This document shows, piece after piece, positions 19,526 to 28,432 of a stretch of DNA of 64,000 bases. The notes below the pieces were generated by a model. It was not told where the DNA came from and did no database searches. It saw only the letters and a list, made by a program, of their open reading frames with translations. The stretch is taken from positions 2,799 to 66,798 of the forward strand of contig JBDRMG010000064.1 of assembly GCA_043812495.1 (NCBI GenBank). The letters run 5' to 3'. Position numbers and translations under genes: made by a program. This stretch comes from Candidatus Omnitrophota bacterium. Lineage in GTDB: Bacteria; Omnitrophota; Gorgyraeia; Zapsychrales; JBDRMG01. Numbering within the stretch: the first letter of the stretch is position 1; each line of letters opens with the position of its first letter.

Positions 19526-20466
19526 TGGCGAGACTCCGTTTCCCTTTTCTTTTTGTACCACGCATATGTTTTTTCTATGCCGTCCCGAAGAGATATCTTG
19601 GCTTTCCATCCCAGGCGATGAATACGACTTGAATCCAGAAGTTTTTGATTGGCCCCATCGGGTTTCGAGCGGTCAAAAACGATTTTCCCTGCAAAACCAG
19701 AGACCTCTTTGATCATTTGGGCTAACTCTTGGATGGACACATCTGATCCGCAACCCATATTCATTAGTTCAGGAGAGCGGGCGCGGTCCATCAGAAAAAG
19801 GCTTGCTTCAACAAAATCATCGCAAAAAAGAAATTCTCTTCGCGGACTTCCGCTTCCCCAAACCGTCACGTCTTTCTTATTGTCTTGAACAGCTTCATAA
19901 AATTTTCCGATCAAAGCGTTCAGAACATGCGCATCTTCCAAATCAACATCTTCTCCGGGTCCGAAGACCGTGGCCGGCACGGTCACGACAGTATCGAGGC
20001 CGTATTGCGCGCGATAAGCCTGGCAGAGCTTGACTCCCGAAATCTTGGCCACGGCATAGGCTTCGCTGGTGGATTCAACAGGTCCGTTCAATAAATCTTC
20101 CTCTTTCATGGGTTGGCGACATTCTTTTGGGTAAATGCAGGAACTGGCATAAAAAAGCAGTTTTTTGGCCTTAAACTTATAGGCCGCATGGACAACATTA
20201 TTCTGGCTTTCAAGATTATGGTAGATGAATTCGCCCGGATTCTTGATATTGGCGGCAATCCCGCCGGAGCGGGTGGATGCGAGGAAAATATATTCCGGTC
20301 TTTCGCGTGAGAAAAATTCATAGACGGAAGGTTGAATTGCGCAATCCAGAGCGATAGCCGAGGAAGAAAAAACATGTAGAAAACCATGGGTTTCAAAATA
20401 CCGGACAAGGGATTTTTCGATGATATCGTTATGGCCAATAATGAGTATTTTTGATTGTTTTTCCAT
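19522..20466 (-). CDS. fcl: GDP-L-fucose synthase-like epimerase/reductase
   Basis: GGIAAN, SSCIYPK, YAVAK, WGSGSPRREF, KPDG; N-terminal glycine motif is degenerate. Confidence 0.8.
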   Translation of the reverse strand: MEKQSKILIIGHNDIIEKSLVRYFETHGFLHVFSSSAIALDCAIQPSVYEFFSRERPEYIFLASTRSGGIAANIKNPGEFIYHNLESQNNVVHAAYKFKAKKLLFYASSCIYPKECRQPMKEEDLLNGPVESTSEAYAVAKISGVKLCQAYRAQYGLDTVVTVPATVFGPGEDVDLEDAHVLNALIGKFYEAVQDNKKDVTVWGSGSPRREFLFCDDFVEASLFLMDRARSPELMNMGCGSDVSIQELAQMIKEVSGFAGKIVFDRSKPDGANQKLLDSSRIHRLGWKAKISLRDGIEKTYAWYKKKRETESRQ

Positions 20467-20603
20467 TTCTTGGGTCAATTTCTTTGAAGCAGAACGGGCA
20501 TGTAATTTCCAAAACAGTATAACTGAATTCTCCTTTAACTTCAACAATTATAAGGCGTTATCAAAGAAAGGTAAAATGACTTATGCCCAGTTTGAAATGA
20601 GCG

Positions 20604-20665
20604 AAAAAAGGGGCGCCTCGCCCGCCAAATCACTTGAGTGATTTGGCTGAGGCGGGCGCCCCTTT
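20604..20665 (-). terminator. GC-rich hairpin followed by a T6 tract
   Basis: AAGGGGCGCC...GCCAAATCACT/AGTGATTTGGC...GGCGCCCCTTTTTT on the minus strand. Confidence 0.65.
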
Positions 20666-20773
20666 ATCGACGTTTTCTATATCAATGTTAATAAGGAAGT
20701 CGATATTAGGTCTTTTTTCTCGTATAGAGAACGTATTAGCTACTTTACTATTGGTAAGGAAAAGACCAACAAA
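20663..20773. repeat. 111-bp two-hairpin repeat homologous to 33717-33827
   Basis: Ungapped alignment, 82/111 identical by eye, with compensatory stem changes. Confidence 0.75.
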
Positions 20774-20791
20774 ATCTATTCTTAAATCCGA

Positions 20792-21445
20792 CTAAAATAA
20801 AGATTTTCCGATAAAAAGCAAAATCATAATTAGTAATATTAAAATTAATATGTCTTTCGATTTTTCCAATCCGATCCCCTTAAGCTGATTCAACAATTGG
20901 TCTTTCAGAGAGCATAGACCTTCGCTTCTTTGAGCAACAGCTGGGCCTGTCTGATCTTTTGTGCTTAACAGCGGGCAAAATTGCTGCTTAACCATAGGAC
21001 GCGTCAAAAAGTAAACCAAAACCGCAAAGGGCAGCATCTTTAGAAGAAACATCAGCCCAAGGGTGATCAGGCTAAAGAAGAATGAAAGACTTGGCTGCCT
21101 GCCAAATCTCACGAATGTCCCAAATGGATAAATGATGTACATAACAAACATGTAAGGACCGAATAAAGCAAGATAGATAGTCGACATGGATACAATGATC
21201 ATACGCGCCCAGTTTCGTAAATAAAAAAGGCTTACGCCGCCAATGATATAGAGGGCCGCCGGTAGGAACATGATCATAGCAATCGGCGAAATGGAAACAA
21301 CGGAAATAAACATAACCATAGAAAGCAGAGAGCCCGTTGAGCCCATCAGGATGGAAAGAATTCCACACGCGATAACTCCTTTGGACGGTCTTGCTTTTCG
21401 GCAATTGGGTTTTTGCTCGGTGACCGGATTATTTTCATTTTCCAT
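20792..21445 (-). CDS. Hypothetical membrane protein
   Basis: About 5 hydrophobic segments; GGGAAGG RBS. Confidence 0.7.
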   Translation of the reverse strand: MENENNPVTEQKPNCRKARPSKGVIACGILSILMGSTGSLLSMVMFISVVSISPIAMIMFLPAALYIIGGVSLFYLRNWARMIIVSMSTIYLALFGPYMFVMYIIYPFGTFVRFGRQPSLSFFFSLITLGLMFLLKMLPFAVLVYFLTRPMVKQQFCPLLSTKDQTGPAVAQRSEGLCSLKDQLLNQLKGIGLEKSKDILILILLIMILLFIGKSLF

Positions 21446-21447
21446 GT

Positions 21448-22050
21448 TTAATTTCCCTTCCCGCCTTTATTCTGAGAGGAAAAACTCAATACTCTCCTCA
21501 GAAATCTGAACATCGTTTTTAAAAACCATATCGAGAAAATTATAAAAATAATAACAAGAATGGTCGCGATAACAGGATGTTTAATGATTAAATAAATGAT
21601 TCCAGCTACAGAAATATCCTCGGTCACACTCGCCACGGAATTGCTAAAAGGCTCAGGGGACGTGTTGATGGCGGCCCGGGCAGTCGCTTTCGTGAGATGA
21701 GAGTCCATGGAGATTGATCCGGTTAAAAGAGCAACAGGAATTTGAAGGGCTGGTCCGGCATCCGCCATGGCCATATACCCTAAGGCCGCTCCACCAACAG
21801 GTCGAATAAAGGTATGAACCGAATCCCAAGCGGAATCCACATACGGAACTTTGTCCGCTACAAATTCAATCACGTACAAAACAATGGCGACAATAATGAC
21901 CAAAGGGTGAGCCAAGGAATCCATGTTCCCGGGAAGCGTAATCCATTGCATCCTGTGGGCAATCCCCAAGCCGGCAATAGTCAGATACAAATTGACTCCT
22001 GAGGCCCAGGAACTACCTACTAAAACATTTAAGGAATTGAGTGCATCCAT
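21448..22050 (-). CDS. DUF4126 family membrane protein
   Basis: SWASGVNLY, EFVADKVPYVDSAWD, NTSPEPFSN. Confidence 0.88.
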   Translation of the reverse strand: MDALNSLNVLVGSSWASGVNLYLTIAGLGIAHRMQWITLPGNMDSLAHPLVIIVAIVLYVIEFVADKVPYVDSAWDSVHTFIRPVGGAALGYMAMADAGPALQIPVALLTGSISMDSHLTKATARAAINTSPEPFSNSVASVTEDISVAGIIYLIIKHPVIATILVIIFIIFSIWFLKTMFRFLRRVLSFSSQNKGGKGN

Positions 22051-22128
22051 ACCTAGATTATTTTAAAATTAAATTTAGATTCTCGCAAGCCTGAAAATAA
22101 CTTATACGATATCCCAAAATCTGCATAT

Positions 22129-22175
22129 AAAAACCCCGCACCTTTTTAAAAAGCTATCTTTTAAGGTGCGGGGTT
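22129..22175 (-). terminator. Intrinsic terminator after the cold-shock gene
   Basis: AACCCCGCACCTT...AAGGTGCGGGGTTTTT. Confidence 0.75.
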
Positions 22176-22186
22176 AATTTTCTGGA

Positions 22187-22387
22187 TTAGACTTTCGTTA
22201 CGTTGACCGCCTGCTTGCCTTTCGGTCCTTGTTCGATCTCGAACTGAACTTCCTGGCCTTCGTCTAGAGATTTGTAACCATCGCCCTGAACAGCAGAAAA
22301 ATGCACAAAGACATCTTCGCCGGATTCGGGTGAGATGAATCCATAACCCTTTTGGTTATTAAACCATTTGACTTTACCTTTTTGCAC
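22187..22387 (-). CDS. cspA: Cold-shock protein
   Basis: [21 protein letters not shown]; GTG start after AAAGGAGG. Confidence 0.93.
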   Translation of the reverse strand: MQKGKVKWFNNQKGYGFISPESGEDVFVHFSAVQGDGYKSLDEGQEVQFEIEQGPKGKQAVNVTKV

Positions 22388-22528
22388 TGAATCTTTCCTC
22401 CTTTCTGACCAAGGACTCGCTTTCATCAAGGCAGAAATAGAAAAACCGCAAGGTCATTTCTTCTTTTTCCCTGCGGTTCAAGATTTCTACTCCCTCATAT
22501 AATGCAAATCCTTCTTCGTTACGATTTA

Positions 22529-22557
22529 AGTATGCCTAAAGTTACCCTCTTTGTCAA
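22529..22557 (-). promoter_or_regulatory. Sigma70-type promoter for csp
   Basis: TTGACA-N17-CATACT. Confidence 0.65.
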
Positions 22558-22643
22558 TAAATTATTTGCCAAAAATATTCTTCTGGAAAAACACTCATAA
22601 GCCCCATGATCTATGGTAAAATGCGTTCAGCGAGGTAAAATGA

Positions 22644-23171
22644 ATGCCCATTTCCACCTGCCCTCTTATGAACCTTTCAACAGACCTGTTCAGAGACGTA
22701 ATCATCGCATCGCTTGTTCTTGCGCTCATCGTTTGCCTACTCAAGATCCGCCTACTTAAAAGAAATCTAATCCGGGAGATTCATCAAAGATTAATTCCAC
22801 TCTTAAATTTTGAAATTGACAAAGACGAAATGACTCTCTATCTAAAGAATGAAAGTCATTGCCTGGCAAAAAATATAAAAATTGAGGACTTCGACGTGAC
22901 GCTCAAGTATGATTTTCCAAAAACATTGACCTTAAAATTTCCCATGGTGGAATTGGTGAATCCCAATCAACGGGTTGCCTTAAAATTCAGGGCTTTTGAC
23001 GAAACAAGCGAGCTCGATTCCGTCACGACGGAAAATCTGGCGACCCATCTTCTTAATGCCTCGCTTGAGGCCTTCATCTACTACTCCAATATTGAAAATA
23101 CGAGATTTCAGTCTATTATCGTGAAAAATCAGCATCACTTCTTGATCAAAGAAGCCCGCCCGTGTTTGTAG
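22644..23171 (+). CDS. Hypothetical protein with one N-terminal TM helix
   Basis: 175-aa ORF after GAGG; convergent with the next gene. Confidence 0.65.
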   Translation: MPISTCPLMNLSTDLFRDVIIASLVLALIVCLLKIRLLKRNLIREIHQRLIPLLNFEIDKDEMTLYLKNESHCLAKNIKIEDFDVTLKYDFPKTLTLKFPMVELVNPNQRVALKFRAFDETSELDSVTTENLATHLLNASLEAFIYYSNIENTRFQSIIVKNQHHFLIKEARPCL

Positions 23172-23172
23172 A

Positions 23173-24006
23173 TTATTCTTTTGCTTCCCGCCTGGCCTGA
23201 TTTGATCCAAACAAATTCTTCCAATAATTTTTATCCATCTCTTTACAAAAATAACGGATAAATTCCTTCATGAGCTCAAGTTTCTTTCGCAGGATAGGAT
23301 CTTCCTGTGCCCAGGCATGCATCAATGTGTTCTGGGATTCGATCAATAGCGCCGCATACACCTCGGCTTTATCTTCCTCAATGGACGTCATAGCATAATC
23401 GGTAATAAATCCGGGCCTGGGCGGTGCTGAATAATTCCGGACATTTTTGATCTCTTGCCAGGTTCTATTTTGCCCATACATAAATCCCTCTTCGTTGAGA
23501 TTAGCCCATTCGGAATCTTTCCATCCGGGATAACCGATGGACTGCATTTCAATCATATGGTAAAGCTCATGATGAATGCTATGACGCTGCCGTTTGGGAT
23601 TGCGCATCCCGCGCGAAAAATCAAAAAACATCAGCTTCTCTTTGTGTTGATAAAGACCTTCAGCGGGTTTCTTTTGATGAAAAAGATTCTTCGCAATCAC
23701 AATCCCTTGCAAGCGGCTATTGCGGAAAAAGCTCTTGGGATATTTTCTGATTTCTTCCTCAAACAGCTGAAGGTATTGGGAAAGTTCGGGATGATCTTTC
23801 TTTGAGGCCAATTGATAGACAGCGGTTTTTGCTATAGCCTCCGGCAAATCCTTATAGTAAATCTTAAGAGAGGTTTTATTTTCTATTCTTTGAATGGCAG
23901 AATCAATGGATAGTGTTAAATCATGGGTTGAATTAGCTGCAAAAGCATAAACTGCGGGCATAAGCGAAAGGGCAAATAAGTGCGGAATTATTCTATCGAA
24001 ACGCAT
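23173..24006 (-). CDS. Secreted putative zinc metallopeptidase
   Basis: Signal peptide, HELYH (HExxH), downstream YAMTSIEEDKAE. Confidence 0.75.
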   Translation of the reverse strand: MRFDRIIPHLFALSLMPAVYAFAANSTHDLTLSIDSAIQRIENKTSLKIYYKDLPEAIAKTAVYQLASKKDHPELSQYLQLFEEEIRKYPKSFFRNSRLQGIVIAKNLFHQKKPAEGLYQHKEKLMFFDFSRGMRNPKRQRHSIHHELYHMIEMQSIGYPGWKDSEWANLNEEGFMYGQNRTWQEIKNVRNYSAPPRPGFITDYAMTSIEEDKAEVYAALLIESQNTLMHAWAQEDPILRKKLELMKEFIRYFCKEMDKNYWKNLFGSNQARREAKE

Positions 24007-24079
24007 CTTAATTTTTGTTTCATTCTTAATTATGGTGAAAGATTTGTCCTAACTTATTGAAAAAGAAGAAAATAATGAA

Positions 24080-24188
24080 ATTTAGGGAATGACCCTGATT
24101 ACACAGATTATATTCGATGACACAGATAAAAAAATCTGTGTAATCTTTTTTAAATCTGTGAAATCAGGTTCTTTCATGCACCCTAAAT
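24080..24188. repeat. Palindromic CACAGAT/ATCTGTG element
   Basis: CCTGATTACACAGAT...ATCTGTGAAATCAGG with outer ATTTAGGG/CCCTAAAT arms. Confidence 0.7.
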
Positions 24189-24222
24189 AAGAAAGAACTA
24201 AATTTTTATTCAATGATGAGAA

Positions 24223-24696
24223 TTATTCAAGTTGCGTTGCGGCTTCTTTCGAGGCTTTAAATCCACGATAAACGAACGAGAAGGAGATAAGAAAAACGCA
24301 TAAATAAACGGCGGCCAAAAGAAAAAACGGTTTCTTTCTCTCCACAATGAAGCCACCCATCACATGCGCAAAGGCCAATAAAGGCAAACTAAAAAGCATC
24401 ATTCCGATATGGGCAACAAACATCAGATAAGGCATGTTCGAGAGAAGATCTCCTGAGGGCTTTTGGAATATCGTCGGTATCTGCCCCATTAAGAAAAGAA
24501 CTAACAGATACAAGGGCGAAGACACTGCAATCACATTCCACCATCGCATTTTTGTTGAGTCTGATTTCAAGGATTTTCGTGTTGCCGTGAGAATCCAGCC
24601 GATCCCAAAGGCAATCAAGAGGGCAAAAAGAATTCTTGAGACGAAAAATGCGATATAGGTCGAATAGTCTTGCATGACTTTCTTAATCAGTTTCAC
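24223..24696 (-). CDS. Hypothetical 4-TM membrane protein
   Basis: Four hydrophobic segments; alternative start at ATG 24675. Confidence 0.7.
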   Translation of the reverse strand: MKLIKKVMQDYSTYIAFFVSRILFALLIAFGIGWILTATRKSLKSDSTKMRWWNVIAVSSPLYLLVLFLMGQIPTIFQKPSGDLLSNMPYLMFVAHIGMMLFSLPLLAFAHVMGGFIVERKKPFFLLAAVYLCVFLISFSFVYRGFKASKEAATQLE

Positions 24697-24698
24697 GA

Positions 24699-24730
24699 AA
24701 TTGGGGGCCGAAGAGGCTCGGCCCCCAATT
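24699..24730. terminator. Perfect 13-bp hairpin after the 694-aa gene
   Basis: AATTGGGGGCCGA-N6-TCGGCCCCCAATT; short T tract only. Confidence 0.5.
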
Positions 24731-24765
24731 CAAGAAGTAATATCTTTCTTATGCTTTGTCCCTTC

Positions 24766-26850
24766 TTATTTCTTGTGAATAATCTTCTTAACCAATTTGA
24801 GAACAAATCCCAGAATTACGATAAAAATGATAATTCGTAGAATTTTCCCGATGTGCTTAAAGATACGCGTATAACTGGCCGTTAGATAGGGGCTTTCTTT
24901 TTCTGTCACCAGTAATTTGGAGAAACGATACTGGCTTCCCTTTTGAGGAATATCGATTTTGATGGGTAAAACACCGACGACCTTCCCTCCGGATTGCTTT
25001 TCTGAATATGTCATTTGCTGCACATTGCTAATAGAAAACTGTTCTCCAATATCATCGGCCGCAGATCTTAAACGACCCTGCACATGACTTAACGGCCTCC
25101 AAGCTGTTGAATCCTTGGTTAACTTGACGTCCCCTCCAAAATTAAAATACTTATAATCAACAGGAAAATAGACAGACCAATAGAGTTGGCTTGCGGGAAT
25201 ATCCGTTTGAGGAAGCCCCATCTTAAGAGAGCCAAAATATTTCATTCTGGATCCCTGATCCAGATAGACGATCTCAACGGGAAATTGGGTCAAGCTTTGC
25301 CCTTGAAGCTGGGATTTCTCTAGGGGAATCAGAATACTACCGTTTTTATCTTTGGCCGGTTTCACAGGCTTGCCGGCGACAAATGTGCTCCACAAAGAGG
25401 CTCCTTTGGGCAAAACCAAATGCAAGAATTGCTTCACATTATTGCGCACTTGATACGTCGCCTTGGTCAAAACTTTCCCTTCTTCGGTATAAAGAGTAAC
25501 ATAATTGGCCGAATCAATAGCCGCAACGAGAACCGGTAATTCCTCGTGCTTGGTGACATCGATGGTGATCGCAAAGGGATGATTAAGATATTTGAAGGCC
25601 AAAAGAATGGGATTGGAGGATTGGCTCCAAATCGACGAAGGAAGCTCTTTGACGTCAATGGCGGTGACTCTTTCGAGTTTATTAACGGCTAGCTCGACAT
25701 TGGTCTTGGCCGCAACACCAACATATCCATTTTCCCGTTCGACTCCAAGGGCTTTGACGGACGGGATATCGGCCACGACGGACCCCTCCCCGATGTTTCG
25801 CTCATAGAGAATATCCAGAATATAATTGCCTTTGATGCCATAATTCAAATACACATCCAAATATTGAACACCTTTGTCGACAGAGACCTTCCAATCGCGT
25901 AAATCCCGGCCACTCACGTCCAGAAGGGTGACATCTTCAGGAATCGCGATGCGCAGATTCGATATCTCGGATTGCAAAATGGAATACTTCAGCTGAGCTT
26001 GATTGCGGACAAGCCCCTCTCCGATAGTCGAGTAGGTTGTTGTTTCCAAATAAACCTTCGGCTCCAGTTTTACTTGTTTAATTTCTTCTTTGGGCAGTTC
26101 TTTGGTCCAGCGTGTAGTGATGCTGTTTGTGTTGGGCATCACAGCCCAAGCTAATGTTTTTTCTTTTTCTTTATTCACTTCCACTTTAATCGCCGGTTCA
26201 ATGAAAATTTCAACACCTGTTTCGGGCATGATAAATTCATATTGAGAAATCGGCGCCGACATTACTTCAAACGAAAAATTGCCGGGACCGCCTTCGCGCT
26301 CACGCGTGGCTTTGATCAGAAATTCAATGTTCAAAGTATAGCGACCTGGCCGGTCAATCATTAAGTAATATTTGCCTCCCTGCATAATCACAAAAGCCGT
26401 GCTGCGATTGATGCTCACGTCAATCAAGCCGACGCTGCTGCGCACCAAAGGAAGCTGTGTCCAGCCTTTGCTAAAAACTTCAAAAATGACTTTGCCGTTA
26501 ACCGTGACGACATTTTCTTCGAGCTCCGCTTTATAGTCTGTTTGGTAAATCGCGTAAGACGAAAGCACGGATGTAGGAATACCCTCTCCTTCTTCTGTTT
26601 TACCGCCAACACGTTCATTTAAAACTTGAGGACCCCGAGGAATTGCCATTTCCTGATCACCACCATAGAGCGTTTGTTGATTTCCTTCGTATCCGCTTTG
26701 ATCAAGATTAAATTGGATGTTGCTGCCTTTTTGCAATCTTCCCTGGATCTTGTCTTTTAGGCCTCCGGCTAAAATGTTTTGAGGCAAAATAAAGACATAC
26801 AATAACGCTGCAGTCGCCAAAGCTATTGTTTTCATAAAATTGTTGTTCAT
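24766..26850 (-). CDS. Large exported hypothetical protein with signal peptide and C-terminal TM anchor
   Basis: N-terminal signal, beta-rich body, ILRIIIFIVILGFVL followed by a Lys-rich tail; GAAGGGG RBS. Confidence 0.75.
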   Translation of the reverse strand: MNNNFMKTIALATAALLYVFILPQNILAGGLKDKIQGRLQKGSNIQFNLDQSGYEGNQQTLYGGDQEMAIPRGPQVLNERVGGKTEEGEGIPTSVLSSYAIYQTDYKAELEENVVTVNGKVIFEVFSKGWTQLPLVRSSVGLIDVSINRSTAFVIMQGGKYYLMIDRPGRYTLNIEFLIKATREREGGPGNFSFEVMSAPISQYEFIMPETGVEIFIEPAIKVEVNKEKEKTLAWAVMPNTNSITTRWTKELPKEEIKQVKLEPKVYLETTTYSTIGEGLVRNQAQLKYSILQSEISNLRIAIPEDVTLLDVSGRDLRDWKVSVDKGVQYLDVYLNYGIKGNYILDILYERNIGEGSVVADIPSVKALGVERENGYVGVAAKTNVELAVNKLERVTAIDVKELPSSIWSQSSNPILLAFKYLNHPFAITIDVTKHEELPVLVAAIDSANYVTLYTEEGKVLTKATYQVRNNVKQFLHLVLPKGASLWSTFVAGKPVKPAKDKNGSILIPLEKSQLQGQSLTQFPVEIVYLDQGSRMKYFGSLKMGLPQTDIPASQLYWSVYFPVDYKYFNFGGDVKLTKDSTAWRPLSHVQGRLRSAADDIGEQFSISNVQQMTYSEKQSGGKVVGVLPIKIDIPQKGSQYRFSKLLVTEKESPYLTASYTRIFKHIGKILRIIIFIVILGFVLKLVKKIIHKK

Positions 26851-26876
26851 AAATCCCCTTCTCTTGTTAAAAATAT

Positions 26877-27470
26877 TTATTCACTTTTTAATACGCTCTG
26901 TAAATCTGATAACGCCTTGGCCACATTATTTTTTAAATCATCTAACACAGCTTTCAAGCTATAGTCTGTGATTTCCATTTCCAGGCTACTAATCGCAAGT
27001 ATTATAGAAGAAATGCTTTGAGGCGTAAAGGGATTTGAGCGCCCCGAAAGTCTTGATAACTGCCGCCAGAAAATCAGGGACGGCTTGCTGTTTTCCAGTT
27101 CCGGTTTTCTTTTGGTGTATTCTTCGAGCACCTCTGCATCCTCAGGAAAAAGTCCGAAATAAAGCTGCGTGACGGTCTGAATAAACTCCTTGGACTCGTG
27201 CTCATTGAGATCAACGCGTATCGTATATCTCATTTCAGTAATGGCAAAAGCCATGATCTTGGACCAGATCAAGTGAGACGAATCCTTCTTTAGCTCAACA
27301 TTATATTCTTTTAAGAAATTCATCGTTTGAGGCAAAACGCTTACGCCCGTCTTAAAAAGCAAGAGGTGATATTCAGCCCAAGCGCGCTTCTTTGTTTCGG
27401 AGAATTTACCGGATTCAAAAACTTCTTTGGAGGATTGATTGAATTTGTCGATCTTTTGTGCAAAACTCAT
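26877..27470 (-). CDS. Hypothetical protein
   Basis: 197-aa ORF; ATGA overlap with the upstream gene. Confidence 0.7.
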   Translation of the reverse strand: MSFAQKIDKFNQSSKEVFESGKFSETKKRAWAEYHLLLFKTGVSVLPQTMNFLKEYNVELKKDSSHLIWSKIMAFAITEMRYTIRVDLNEHESKEFIQTVTQLYFGLFPEDAEVLEEYTKRKPELENSKPSLIFWRQLSRLSGRSNPFTPQSISSIILAISSLEMEITDYSLKAVLDDLKNNVAKALSDLQSVLKSE

Positions 27471-28432
27471 GATCGTTTTACTCCTTCGTCTTTCAAGAGT
27501 TGGCGAGTTAAATCCAAGGCGGCTTGAACGATATGTTTGGATGCGCTAAGATTCGTATGATACTCGGAATTGCGTGTTGTTTTCTGCCGTATCACTAAAA
27601 CGTCGACGTCAACGGATGTTGTTTTCTCAAGGGTTAATTTCGATGGTGAACGTTCAATCAACTGTTTTTTCTTCCGGAGGATGTCTGCCCCCTGCTTGGC
27701 AATAAACACACAATAAAGATACGGATAATCGCGACCTTCAACCGTGTTGATCGAAATCTGAATCTGTAATCCCAAAAAGAAATCCGGTGCATCAAGAATG
27801 CGGACCAAAAGCCTTGCGTCCATCGGGATGCGGCCTCCTTTTTGCGCTTCGCATGTCGAGAGCATCGGAAGCACCTGAATATCGCTGGGTTCGCGCAAAT
27901 AGTCCATGATCTTTTCGAGCAATTCGATTTTGATAATCAGTCTGTCTTTTCTCAAGAAGCTTCTTGTCCCCGTAATCCAATGAGGTGCTAAGATCAAAAG
28001 GACATCCCATGTCCAATAACTGGCCAGTCTGTGCTGGCCAAGGCCCTCAATAATCATCCAAATAATAAAACAAACGACGCCGATCAAAACAACAACTGCT
28101 ATGCCCAAAGGATTGGTGATATCAAAGGCATCCCGATCCCATCGTTCAAGCTGTTTTTGCTTTGAGCGGACCTTTTTATACTCATCGGGGGTTACTTGTT
28201 TCCATTCTTCGGTTGTAACGGTTTTCGGCTTCGCGCTATATCCCTGAATCAGGCTAAAGGCCGTTCCGAGGCCGATGAGGATTAATCCAAAAATAAAATT
28301 CAAGAAAAGCTGGATCAGAAACCCGCCGATGAACAATCCTATAATGCATTGCATGCGGGTCAAATACGGGACATCTTTAAAAAAGATGAATTTGATGTCG
28401 CCTTGGCGCTGGGGATCGGGAAAAAAGCTCAT
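27467..28432 (-). CDS. Hypothetical membrane protein (about 4 TM plus soluble C-terminal domain)
   Basis: Start MSFFPDP overlaps the radical SAM stop (ATGA). Confidence 0.75.
   Translation of the reverse strand: MSFFPDPQRQGDIKFIFFKDVPYLTRMQCIIGLFIGGFLIQLFLNFIFGLILIGLGTAFSLIQGYSAKPKTVTTEEWKQVTPDEYKKVRSKQKQLERWDRDAFDITNPLGIAVVVLIGVVCFIIWMIIEGLGQHRLASYWTWDVLLILAPHWITGTRSFLRKDRLIIKIELLEKIMDYLREPSDIQVLPMLSTCEAQKGGRIPMDARLLVRILDAPDFFLGLQIQISINTVEGRDYPYLYCVFIAKQGADILRKKKQLIERSPSKLTLEKTTSVDVDVLVIRQKTTRNSEYHTNLSASKHIVQAALDLTRQLLKDEGVKRS

Noticed and set aside
20792-27470. Integron cassette array
   Set aside because: No integrase and no convincing RYYYAAC...GTTRRRY attC sites between the genes.
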